From Macrostomum lignano (lineage: Eukaryota): a stretch of 64,000 nt of DNA. Shown here in pieces: positions 14,301 through 24,859 of the stretch. The notes below the pieces were generated by a model, which saw only the letters and a program-made list of their open reading frames with translations, had not been told where the DNA came from and did no database searches. The translations under genes were made by a program, and so were the position numbers. The stretch's first letter is position 1; each line of letters opens with the position of its first letter. The stretch is taken from positions 1 through 64,000 of the forward strand of contig NIVC01000631.1 of NCBI GenBank assembly GCA_002269645.1, in the 5' to 3' direction.

Positions 14301-16100
14301 AAAATGATTTTGTGTTACTCTTAAGAATTAATTTAATTTAATTTAAAAAAATAAAATTAAAAAAATTTCCGACTTTTTAATTGATCAATCTTTTCATCCA
14401 ATTTTATGATTATATATATGGCAATGGCAGCCGTGCCTATAAGCTCCAATATTAGAGACACGGCCACCCACCATCCTGTGTCTCCAAGTGTGAACCCATT
14501 CAATATTAATGACATGGCCACCCACCGTGTCTTTAAGTGTGAACTAGGGGTCACAAAATCCCGTATTCTGTCAATCCCGGAATCCTGGGATTAGGAAATG
14601 TCAAATCTCGGGATCCCTAGATTATCTCAGGATTGATATTTTCCAGTACTATCCTTGTCACAACATTGTTATAATGTCATAAAAATGCTGCGACTGACAT
14701 TTTTATAACACTTACAGTTATGGTAGGAGCTAAAAGGGTAATGCTAAGCTGGTAATACAATATATAACATTATAAAAATGATGTTATTATACTCGTAGAA
14801 TATTAAATACTACTCGTAATATCAATATTGTAATATGCATATGGGCCTATAGCTGTATGGGCCTAATGATGTATAATATATACTTGATTATGTAATGTAC
14901 ATGTATCACTGTGCAAAGCAATATGAATGTATACATTACATTTACAATCACAACCTACTACTGTCTGGGCAGTGGGCATTCATGTTGTCAAGGTTGTTAC
15001 AACATGCATTATGAGTTCAAAATTCAAAATCAATGCTAAATTATTTAAACAAGACTGAACTCAACATCAAAGATTATACAAAGTGGGCAATGGAGAGTGG
15101 ACATGGATACATGTATGTTCTATATTTTACCTAACTGTCTTGCTTATTGCTATTTTATTAGACATTATAAAAACATAGCATTACCTTTCTGGGATTGAAT
15201 CCCGACCCTATGAATCCCAGGATCCCATAAAAAGCCCTAAATCCTAGGATCCCAGGATTATGACCCCTAGTGTAAACCCATTCAATATTAACGACACGGC
15301 TGCCATGCAAGTTTCATTGACACGGCGGCCATGTCTCTAATAATGACTAGGTCCATACTTATAGACACGGCTGCCGTGTCTATCTCAGAATCCAATAGCA
15401 ACCATGGATTTAACAAACAAAAATAAAAAAACAAAAAAATTAAATAGATTCCAAAAAATCCTTAACTACAAAAGAAGGAAAAAATTTGATCTTTAAAAAT
15501 TGATAGACATGGTTGCTGTGTCGATAAGTATGGACCTAGTCACTATTAGAGACATGGCCACAATGTGTATAAGTTTCTGCATTATAGACATGGTCGCCAT
15601 GTCTCTAAGTGTAGCAAAAAAATTATCTATATAGTATATTTAAAGATAGTAGCTTTTGTCTAGGCCCTAACTTATTTAAATGGCCAATATAGACCTAACC
15701 TAATATTTAATAAGAAATTAAGAATCACATTTAAATAAAATATTATGGGTGCTTTCTATACAAAATGTCTTATCATATGCAAATATGAAATAGGCAAAGT
15801 GATCAATAAAAAATTCTTATAGACAAAATTTCCAATACTAGTAACAATGGGTGGCAGGCCTGAACTTTATTAGGCCTATGAATTAATATTTAGACTAAAA
15901 TTTTTATGTTGGAATCAGAGGCTATATTAGGACTAGACCTAAAAATTTAAAGGTCATAGTATAATTAGGACTATAGAGTATAGACACCAATACTTGCATC
16001 TGTAAGTAAATTCTGCAATTCAAGGTATAAGTAAATTCATTGACATTAAGCTAGGCATATGCGCGATGCCCAGGTAGCAGAGGTAGGTAAATGTCTTATC
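11340..16100. mobile_element. AT-rich, CpG-depleted block of decayed repeats/DNA transposon pieces
   Basis: CG nearly absent compared with the flanks; clusters of decayed ATCCCGGGAT-like motifs (~11700-11830, 12720-12840, 14570-14640, 15190-15270) and GACACGGCNGCCGTGTC palindromes; no coding capacity seen. Confidence 0.6.
14107..14182 (+). pseudogene. tRNA-like / SINE-head relic
   Basis: A-box-like TGGCTTAGTGG, B-box-like GGTTTGATTCC (consensus GGTTCGATTCC with CG>TG), followed by a T7 run; no intact cloverleaf. Confidence 0.5.
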
Positions 16101-16663
16101 ATATGTACACATAGCTTAACTATACACACCGAGGTATGTATAGTATAAGTTAGGCCGGCTAGTAGTAAGAGTAGTAGTAAGAGAATTTGGCTCAGGCAAT
16201 TAGCCTGTTTGGCCAATATATTATAGAGCTATGTATTTGGAATTTTCGAATATAGAAGTTTATAAAGACGATTTGACGACGATTTGCTGAGTTATTGTAA
16301 AAGATAAAGTATTTGAAAGCGCGCCAGAATTTTTACGGTATTTTTAGACGAAAAGTGACGACTAACAACTAACGAGTATAAATATTAATACAAAAATGAG
16401 TACAAATTACGAGGTATAGCTTTAATTGCGAGATTACTTTGGTAAGCGAGTTTGTAAAAAAAAAAAAAGATGTAGTATTTTTGAAAGCGCGTGATATTTC
16501 AAAGCGTGAAAAACGAACATAAACAATACTTCGAAAGAATTTTACTTTTAACGAATAACGACGATTTAAATATAGGAAATTAAAAAAGACAGTAAATGAA
16601 TAAACAACTGAAAAGCGGATTTGTTACACTGCTGATGTATCTGATTCAGTTTGTTTAACTGTT

Positions 16664-19600
16664 TTAGCTATTCATGACTTCATATATTTTAGCTACACCA
16701 GTGAGCTCTTTTCTGACTCTTTTTTCATTTGTAGCATATCCTATCTTGTGTATTTGATTGCTATTTAAGAGGTATTGACAGAAGTATTTTTTCCTGATCT
16801 CTTCAGTTTGTGGACATTCGGTCAAGTAGTGTAGAATGTCAGAACCATTTCGCGCTCCACACATTTTACATGGTTCTTGAGAAAAAAAGTTGGGTGTAAT
16901 CTCGCATTTCAGTTTTAGGAGGGTTGTTAAGAATTTTTTGTTTCTAAATGTACATGGAAAGAAATCTGAAAGGTCGGGCCTGCAGATTTTTTTGTAGAGA
17001 TAGGCGTTTTTGTAGAGTTTAATATGTTGCTGATTCTCTAGCTTTTGGCTAAGTTCTCTTTCTCTGTGTATCTTGAGGTGCTTTTTCACTAGGTATTTCT
17101 CGTTATTAAAGCTTTGGGAAAGTTTATCTTCAGTTAGTGCTTTTAGGTCTATACTTTCTAGTTTCTTTAGTACATTCATTTTCCATGGATTTTTTTGGCC
17201 GGTGTTTGAGTAGAAAATTTCTAGAGTCGTTTGGCAGAGTTTTTTGTGTCTAATCTTCAGCCAGTAGATGAGGTAGGTTTTAGCGATTCGTTGAGAGATT
17301 GGAGTAAGCTCAAGTTCTGATGATACCACACTGTTGCTAGCAAATTTTGGTAGATTGAGGAGATATTTGTAGAATTTCAGCTGAATATTATCAATAGCTT
17401 TTGTATCAGACATGGTAGCCAGAGGGCCCCAGAGCTCACAACCGTAAGTGATAACGGGGGTAACAAGCGCGTCAAATAGTCTGCGAATGAGTGTGATGTC
17501 TAGGGACGTATTCTTTACCCTATGGAGTAGGGAAAACATGGCTGTATATCCCTGCTTAGTTTGGTGTTCAATACATTTTTTAAAGCTGTTTTTTGGTTCA
17601 AAAATAATTCCCAGGTATTTAAATTCATTTACTTCCTCTATTTCTTGGTTGTCGTAGTATATTTTTGTAGCAATGCTTTCTGTGTCGTTTTTTTGTCTGG
17701 TATTGCCCTGCATGAACTTTGTTTTGCTTGCGTTTACTTTAAAGTAATTTTGTTTGCAGTAATTTTCCATAGTCGTAAGTGTGTCTTGAAGTTCGTCTTT
17801 GTTTTTAGCTAGAATGGCTTGATCGTCTGCAAAGAGTAGGATGAGTGGGAAAGCAGATCTCGTAAGAGAGCGCCTAGCGCTAGAGAGTTCAAGATATTCA
17901 ACAATGTCGTCAATATATAGTTCAAAAAGGATGGTAGAGAGAGGGTTGCCTTGAAGAACACCTTTAGATATTGGGATTGGCTGGGTTTCATCATCATCAT
18001 CATCATTTTTTAGAATGAAGCAGGCATTTTTATGCATGTTCTTGATAAGTTCCGTCATTTGACCTTTAATACCCTGGTTATCCGTTTTGTGCCAAAGGGT
18101 TGGTTGATTTAAGCTATCGAAGGCTTTTTCATAGTCAACAAATCCAATAAAGAGTTCTTCTTTGTTGTAGATGGATTGGTTTATAATGTTGTAAAGATTA
18201 AAACATTGGTCGATTGTGCTGTGATTGGGCTTGAAACCGTATTGGTATTTTGATATAAGATTGTTTGCGTATGCTAGGTTTTCGAGTCTGGATTTAATAA
18301 TTTGGCAAAAGAGCTTGCCAAGAATTGGTTGAATGCAGATTCCTCTGTAATTGTTGGGGTCGGCACTGCTGCCTTTGTTTTTATAAATCGGATGAAGTGT
18401 ATTTGTTATCCAACTAGTTGGGAAGGTTCCTTGTTTGAGTGCTTCGTTGAAAAGTGAGCATAGGAGGTCAGCAAGTTCGTTCTCGAGGTATTTGAGTGTT
18501 TCTACATATACTTTATCGTGCCCAGGTGCTTTGTCGGTTTTGAGCTTTTTAATATGTTTTATAACTTCTTCTTTGGTGAATGGGGCATTGAAATCCTCTA
18601 AATCAGCCAGAATAGGGTTGTCAAGGTGAAGATTGTATGATAGTCTAATGCTGCTGTCTTGTTCAGTTACAAGATTTTGAAAGTGTATGATAAATTTTTC
18701 ATCAATTGTTACTCTGTTGTTTGAGGGATTTGGTGTTTTTAATAAGTTCCAAAGTTGTTTTGTATCGTTTTGAATAAAGGCTTGGTTGATCATGTTGTCT
18801 GCACAGAGAGTTGTTTCAAATTTCCATGAAGTGAGCTTTTTTTCGTATGCTTTTTTGAGTTGTACTTTGCTTGAGAGGTTGTTGGGAGTAGGGAAGGTTT
18901 TATATCTTCTGCAGGCATGTCTAGCAGCGTTTCTTAAATCTTTAAGGAAGCGAGGCAGTGTTGAGCATAGTGGGTTCTTTATCTCTACTGTGATGTTGTT
19001 TTGAATTTGTCTAACTTTTCTACTTAATTCATTTATAAAAGCTGGGTTTTGTATGTCTAGATTTGTGATTTTGTCATTCATGTTTTTCAGGTCATTTGCG
19101 AAGTTATTGATATGTTTTTCTTGTTGCAGGTTGGGTTTATGTGACTTTTTTAGGACTCTATATCTCGTTTTCGAGTTATTGGTTGCTTGTTTAGTTTCTG
19201 TGATTTCCTCTGTGAATTCACTTGATAGGGAGAGCACTATTTGGTTGTGGTCGCTAAAGTAGGTGTGGTTCTTTACTTTAAAGTCTTCGAGGTGTTGGAG
19301 TAAGCTGGTAGAGACGAAACAGAGATCTATAACAGAGGAACCAGATTTTGAGAGAAAGGTGAATTCACCATTTGTGTCTGATAATGATCTACCATTGATT
19401 AGATGCAGGTTGTATGAGTCAGTAATCTGGTTAAGTAGTCTACCATTTTTGCAGGTTTTCTTGTCTTGGCTTTGTCTAGTAAGTGAGATGTTTTTTGCTC
19501 TGGTGGTATATATTGAATTTAAATCTATGTATGAGGTATTGTTTATATGAGCATTGAAGTCTCCAATAAGGAAGATGTTTTCTTCGGAGTGGTAAGCATC

Positions 19601-20266
19601 CAGGAGAATTGTTAACTGTTCCCAATTTTCTTCTTCATAATATTTTGAAGACAGTGGGGGTATATAGGAGTTTATTAAGGTAAAGCTTTTGTTTTTATCC
19701 TTTTTGTGTTTAAAATTTAGTGTCAAGAAGTTTTTATAATGTTTGAATGATTCTGTAACATTGTATTGTGTATCTAGTGACTTTTTGTAAGCTGTTAATA
19801 ATCCACCAGAAGCTCTGCCAATGAATTTACAGCCTTTTTTGTTTGCAGGCTTTTGGTATGTCATGTAGTTTTCAGACAGGTTGTTGATTTTGAGTCGCTT
19901 GTTTTCATTTTTTGTGTCTATTATCCAAGTTTCTTGAAGGCAGAGAATATTATTCTTAAAAATTGATTCAGTTTCCAGTAGTTCAAGTTTGGGAATCATC
20001 ACAGAGTCTTTTATTGTGTAAAGTCCATTGATATTCCAGCTGCTAATAGTAAATTTTTCTTTATCAATTTTTTGGATAATATTAAATTCAAGGAGTTTTG
20101 ATTTGATATTGTAAGGAATTTTTTTGATCTTTTGAGCATTGTTATTTCTAATAGAAATGAGGTACTCTCTAGTGTATTGTATCCGCTTTTCATTTGCCTG
20201 GATAATATTTTGACTATTTTGACCATTAAGTGTTGGGGTATTTAAGTCACAGTTTACAGAGGAAGT
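16664..20266 (-). CDS. LINE ORF2: apurinic endonuclease, reverse transcriptase, C-terminal CCHC
   Basis: APE motifs SWNINGL, LCLQETW, IGDFNAH, SVIDLCF, SDH; RT motifs YRGI, QYGF, DYEKAFDS, QGNPLS, LFADD, YLG; CKMC..HYLTEC. The frame is open 88 codons further upstream than the ORF track start (20002), up to the ORF1 stop. Confidence 0.95.
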   Translation of the reverse strand, partial: TSSVNCDLNTPTLNGQNSQNIIQANEKRIQYTREYLISIRNNNAQKIKKIPYNIKSKLLEFNIIQKIDKEKFTISSWNINGLYTIKDSVMIPKLELLETESIFKNNILCLQETWIIDTKNENKRLKINNLSENYMTYQKPANKKGCKFIGRASGGLLTAYKKSLDTQYNVTESFKHYKNFLTLNFKHKKDKNKSFTLINSYIPPLSSKYYEEENWEQLTILLDAYHSEENIFLIGDFNAHINNTSYIDLNSIYTTRAKNISLTRQSQDKKTCKNGRLLNQITDSYNLHLINGRSLSDTNGEFTFLSKSGSSVIDLCFVSTSLLQHLEDFKVKNHTYFSDHNQIVLSLSSEFTEEITETKQATNNSKTRYRVLKKSHKPNLQQEKHINNFANDLKNMNDKITNLDIQNPAFINELSRKVRQIQNNITVEIKNPLCSTLPRFLKDLRNAARHACRRYKTFPTPNNLSSKVQLKKAYEKKLTSWKFETTLCADNMINQAFIQNDTKQLWNLLKTPNPSNNRVTIDEKFIIHFQNLVTEQDSSIRLSYNLHLDNPILADLEDFNAPFTKEEVIKHIKKLKTDKAPGHDKVYVETLKYLENELADLLCSLFNEALKQGTFPTSWITNTLHPIYKNKGSSADPNNYRGICIQPILGKLFCQIIKSRLENLAYANNLISKYQYGFKPNHSTIDQCFNLYNIINQSIYNKEELFIGFVDYEKAFDSLNQPTLWHKTDNQGIKGQMTELIKNMHKNACFILKNDDDDDETQPIPISKGVLQGNPLSTILFELYIDDIVEYLELSSARRSLTRSAFPLILLFADDQAILAKNKDELQDTLTTMENYCKQNYFKVNASKTKFMQGNTRQKNDTESIATKIYYDNQEIEEVNEFKYLGIIFEPKNSFKKCIEHQTKQGYTAMFSLLHRVKNTSLDITLIRRLFDALVTPVITYGCELWGPLATMSDTKAIDNIQLKFYKYLLNLPKFASNSVVSSELELTPISQRIAKTYLIYWLKIRHKKLCQTTLEIFYSNTGQKNPWKMNVLKKLESIDLKALTEDKLSQSFNNEKYLVKKHLKIHRERELSQKLENQQHIKLYKNAYLYKKICRPDLSDFFPCTFRNKKFLTTLLKLKCEITPNFFSQEPCKMCGARNGSDILHYLTECPQTEEIRKKYFCQYLLNSNQIHKIGYATNEKRVRKELTGVAKIYEVMNS

Positions 20267-20776
20267 TCAGTAGGTTTTAATGAAGGGAACTCCCCTCTTA
20301 TAGCCAATTCGGATGTTTTTCTCACCATTTTCTTGACGAGTCTTAAGCTCTTTAACAATCTTCTGCTTAAATGCCCGTTCCTTTTCTGTTAAGTCGTTCT
20401 CGATCCGAATACGGGAGTAGGCAGAGCCAGTTTCGCGCAGGTTTCTCAGATTACCGAAGAAGGCCGCTTTGTCGCTATCGTTGACCAGCCGAACAACGAG
20501 GGGCCTTGGTCGATTGCTGAGAGGTTGTTCGCGACCGATCCGCCTGGTGGCGACAATTGGGACAGTTGCGGGGGACATTTTGAGCCCATCCTGCATAAAG
20601 TCCTCGAGCTTAGCGTCTTCTTGGAGTCCAAAAACTATGATGTTATTCTTCTTTATACCGCGCTGCCTGACTTCCTCCACGATTTCATCAAAGCTGATGT
20701 CGTAGGTGACAGTTTGCTTCCCGCTCTCAATCGACTCTAGCTCTTCTATGCGTTCTTCGAGGGCCGTCAGCTTTAA
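20267..20776 (-). CDS. LINE ORF1, C-terminal part (coiled coil plus RRM/CTD-type), 5'-truncated
   Basis: KLTALEERIEELESIE...KNNIIVFGLQE...RPRPLVVRL...IRIENDLT; frame open from 20776, no ATG before the coiled coil. Confidence 0.8.
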   Translation of the reverse strand, partial: LKLTALEERIEELESIESGKQTVTYDISFDEIVEEVRQRGIKKNNIIVFGLQEDAKLEDFMQDGLKMSPATVPIVATRRIGREQPLSNRPRPLVVRLVNDSDKAAFFGNLRNLRETGSAYSRIRIENDLTEKERAFKQKIVKELKTRQENGEKNIRIGYKRGVPFIKTY

Positions 20777-22520
20777 TTATAACCCCCACCCCCCACCACC
20801 CTTGAATAGAGGGCGAAATAATTCCGTAAAATAATTTAACGTGCGAAACTACAGGATAGCCGTTAGGCCTAGCATGCCTACAGCCTACTCTAATTATTTT
20901 TAAGTTTCAGAGGATAGAAACATGCATACATTAGTCATTTTTTACTTTTAATATCTATTCTGTTCAGTACTTTCACTTTTTCGTTTTTCAGTTGCACATC
21001 ATGTTGATTTCTTCGTACTTGTACTTAGGACTTTTAAATATTTTCAGAATTCCCCGCCTGCCCAGGCATCAAGCATGCAGTTCCAGGAAACCAAAAAAAC
21101 AAATCAACGTCTTACTCGCCAAATAAGTTACTTTCTGATCTTTTCATGCTAAGAAGTAAGACCGTCTATTTTTAAAAGTTCATAAAAAAGTTGTTGTTTA
21201 TCATTTTGCACATAGCTAACTGTAGTAATTTGTTTTAATGATTTGAACGTGTTTTAGCTTACTCCATGGAGATTCATGAATATAACTGGATCGCCAGAAG
21301 CTTGATTTTTTCGGTTTCATTCATAGGCGAGTATCAGCTTGTCTTACTGTGACTAAATCTTACGTCAAATGTTTTTTGCATAATTGCAAATTGCAAATTG
21401 CAAATTAACATATAATTATTTGCAATTAGGCTTATTACTATTTAGTAATGTCGCCCAGCTAGCAAGTGCCAGCAAGCAGGCACACGCTGTTTGATCGAAC
21501 AAGCTCGGGGGCGGGGGGCAGTCAGTGGCGGTCAGGGGGTCAGGCCGATGCTCAGAAGGTCCTCCATCAATGTGGCTCGCAGGGCTTGTGGAATCATATT
21601 GAATTACATGTGCAGGCTTCCACAGCTCCCATGCAAATATAGATGAGTTTCCAAAGGATGCGTATGTGTGGAATTATTACTTTGACCTATGACAGAATAA
21701 CACCAGACCAATGTCACGGCTGACTAGCAAAAATTATTTTGTCTTTTAGAAAATTTATCATTGAAAAAATAAAAAGAAAAAGGCAGCTAACACCGAGTTT
21801 ATACTCAACTCTTCAACTCTTTTGCATTGTAAATGAAAAAAGAAAACGTAATTAAGCAGTAGCTCGTTTAACCGCGGGTGATAAATAAAATATGGTTATA
21901 ACGAGTTTTCGTATATTTCTAATACATAAAGTCCCGTTGATTTATATCAACAGGTGAAAAGGCATGCGTTCGTTATCGATGGTTAGCTACGAGGCTTTGA
22001 GAAGACTGATGAAGGGAGTGTATCTTCATCCGAATGCGTGTAAGCTAAAATAAGAATCTGCTATATAACAGCTCAGTAGCAAATAGGCATAGAAAGAAAT
22101 AAATATCTACAGTTAATGGCATGTAACACATGCAATGGCAGCAGATAAAAATTATCCTCTAGTAGCTTTACTCGAGCTAACGTGCTGCAGGTTTCAAACA
22201 CGTTATACGAGTTTTAGCTAGCTACTGCAATTCCAGCCGGTCAAAACAATAATAACAAAAAGGCGACAGAGAAATTACGCATTTACGAAAGTGTAGTAGC
22301 ACTCAAAAAATGAAAGATCAAATTCGCAAATATTATACAAAGTGAGGAAGTTTACATTTTGACCAAATTTTCTTTTGAAAAAAATACTCCTTGAAACTGG
22401 CTTTGATTGGCTGTCGATGTATCGGAGTGAGAAAGCCAATCATGCATTAGGTCCTGGGTAGTAACCATCGCTACCCTGGTGAAGTTTTCTTAAGCACTAC
22501 GAGCTACACTTGTCTGTAGG

Positions 22521-22815
22521 TTACAGCACGCTGGCGGAGCAGTTCTCACCCTCGGGCTCGCGCACAAAGGAGCTCCGACAGCACAGCAGAACGCTCTCGT
22601 CTTCAATAATACAGTCGCCGCTGCCTCCGGGACCGGCGTCAACTGCGCTGGCGTTGCTGTTGGGATCAACGTCGCCTCCTCTCTCACCAGCAGCCGCAGA
22701 CTCTTCGCCGTTGTCGTCCGTGTCTTCTTCTTCTTCTTCACCGGCGTCGTCGTCGTCGTCGTCACCGTCGTCGTCGTCGCTGGCGCTGATCGCTGCGGCG
22801 CCGGCGCCACTCGGT
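22521..22815 (-). CDS. AGTPBP1: AGTPBP1/CCP1 terminal coding exon (acidic tail region)
   Basis: cgacag|A acceptor completes AG|A (Arg) from the previous exon; PSGAGAAAISASDDDD...EEEEE...SASVL*. Confidence 0.7.
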
Positions 22816-22909
22816 CTGTCGCGAATGTGATTGCAGCGCAATGCTTTTCATAAGAATGTATTATTAATCGCACTGCTTTGATTTCGTAGATAGCCGCACG
22901 AAAATATGA

Positions 22910-23260
22910 GACCAATAGCCTCACCAATATGGCTAATAGCGTCACCAATATGGCTAATAGCGTCACCAATATGGCTAATAGTGTCACCAATAAGGCTAAT
23001 AGTGTCACCAATATGGTTAATGGCGTCACCAATATGGCTAATAGCGTCACCAATATGGCTAATAGCGTCACCAATATGGCTAATAGCGTCACCAATATGG
23101 CTAATAGCGTCACCAATATGGCTAATAGCGTCACCAATATGGCTAATAGCGTCACCAATATGGCTAATAGCGTCACCAATAAGGCCAATATAGCGTCACC
23201 AATAGGGCTAATAGCGTCACCGATACGGCTAATAGCGTCACCGATACGGTTAATAGCATG
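22910..23260. repeat. Intronic minisatellite, 21-bp unit (ATGGCTAATAGCGTCACCAAT)
   Basis: About 16 copies; source of the spurious IASPIWL / MANSVTN ORFs. Confidence 0.95.
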
Positions 23261-23515
23261 GCCAGTGTGACAAATAAACATGATCAGTATCACTACTACA
23301 ACAAAAAGCGTGGCTAATATCACTATGACCTCTATGACCAATAGCTGGGCTACATTGAGCAGTTGCCAATAGTATACCAATGTGATCAATTCATTTGGTA
23401 AATATTATGTATAATCTAAATATGTATAATATTTACCAAGCTGACAATAATATCCAATTTATGACCAATAGCATGATAAAAATGACGCTATTCATGATCA
23501 ATATAAGCAGCTAAC

Positions 23516-23811
23516 CTGAAAACCTTCCTCCTTCGGCCAGCTCTGCCCGAACCGGCGGCAGCCGACGACGCCGCCGATGCCGGCTGCTGCGCTGGCGGCG
23601 GATCCGCGCCCGGCGCCTCGCCCTGCGCCCAACGGAGAATCGCTTCGCCAAGCCTGGCGCCCATCTCCTCCAGCTCGCGGGTGCCCAGATGGCAGCCACG
23701 GTAGGGTCCCTGGTCGCAGCAGCTGTACGAGGCCTCCAAAGTGTAGGCGCGCAGGATGCCGAGGTGGCGCCAGGCGACAACGCGAGCCGTGGACTCCTTG
23801 GAGCGGTCCAC
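23516..23811 (-). CDS. AGTPBP1: AGTPBP1 exon
   Basis: [52 protein letters not shown] matches the CCP1 C-terminal catalytic region; ccccag| and AG|gttagc. Confidence 0.92.
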
Positions 23812-23889
23812 CTGGGGCGGGTCGATGGGTACAGAGTGTTGAGTTTTGCACGGAACTATGGAACTTTGAATGCCGCAATGGGAAGGATC

Positions 23890-24490
23890 CGCTCACACAA
23901 CAGGACCCACACACAACTGGAGAACCCGCTCACACAACTGGAGAACCCGCTCACACAACTGGAGAACCCGCTCACACAACTGGAGAACCCGCTCACACAA
24001 CAGGAAAACTCGCTCACACAACAGGAAAACTCGCTCACACAACAGGAGAACCCGCTCACACAACAGAACCCGCTCACACAACAGGAAAACCCGCTCACAC
24101 AACAGGAAAACCCGCTCACACAACAGGAGAACCCGCTCACACAACAGAACCCGCTCACACAACAGAACCCGCTCACACAACAGAATTCTCTCACACAACA
24201 GAATTCGCTCACACAACAGAATTCGCTCACACAACAGGAGAACCCGCTCACATAACCCGCTCACATAATGGGAGAACCCACTCACACAATGGGAGAACCC
24301 ACTCATACAATGGGAGAACCCACTCACACAACAAGAGAACCCGCTCACACAACAAGAGAACCCACTCACACAACAGGAGAACCCGCTCACACAACAAGAG
24401 AACCCGCTCACACAACAAGAGAACCCGCTCACACAACAAGAGAAACCACTCACACAACAAGAGAACCTGCTCACACAACAGCACAGAGAG
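23890..24490. repeat. Intronic minisatellite, 21/18-bp units (CCCGCTCACACAACAGGAGAA)
   Basis: About 29 copies filling intron 23812-24513. Confidence 0.95.
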
Positions 24491-24513
24491 ACACATCAAA
24501 GTCTGCACCGCAC

Positions 24514-24837
24514 CTTGAAGTTGCAGTTCCGCCAGGCAAACGCGGGGGCCATCTGAGCCAGAAGTCGCGGCAACTCCCGATATCCGGGATCCTCAATCCA
24601 AACGCCTCCTCCGGGGCCGCCGCTGACTGGTCTGACGCCGTTGTCATCGCGACGAGCTTCATTGTCGTTAGCCGGAGGTTCAGCGGCCAGCCAGCCGGGA
24701 TTGTCGCGGTCATCAGGCAGCCAGCTAAGGCTGGGGGAGCAGCCGAACATGAAGACGTTGTTGTGACGGGAGTGGCCGTGACAGTCGATGTACACAACTG
24801 GGCGGCGGCCGGACGAGCATAGGTAGCTCATGAGGCC
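24514..24837 (-). CDS. AGTPBP1: AGTPBP1 exon with third Zn ligand (DCHGHS)
   Basis: GLMSYL...PVVYIDCHGHSRHNNVFMFGC...IEDPGYRELPRLLAQMAPAFAWRNCNFK; ctcag| and AAG|gtgcgg, phase 0 on both sides. Confidence 0.93.
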
Positions 24838-24859
24838 CTGAGGGATAGCCAATCAACTA

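Larger units (their letters stand above)
16160..20776 (-). mobile_element. Non-LTR retrotransposon (CR1/L2/RTEX-like group), 5'-truncated, apparently young
   Basis: Partial ORF1 plus intact APE-RT-CCHC ORF2 and a T-rich 3'UTR; 3' end placed only approximately (~16160, near tagtagtaaga repeats); no TSD identified. Confidence 0.85.

Noticed and set aside
17448-19550. Plus-strand ORFs opposite LINE ORF2
   Set aside because: They are antisense shadows of a long stop-free frame, with no independent signals.
22690-22790. Acidic D/E tract in the C-terminal region of the deglutamylase itself
   Set aside because: Acidic low-complexity stretches are common in CCP1 C-terminal regions, and this one is not at the extreme C-terminus.
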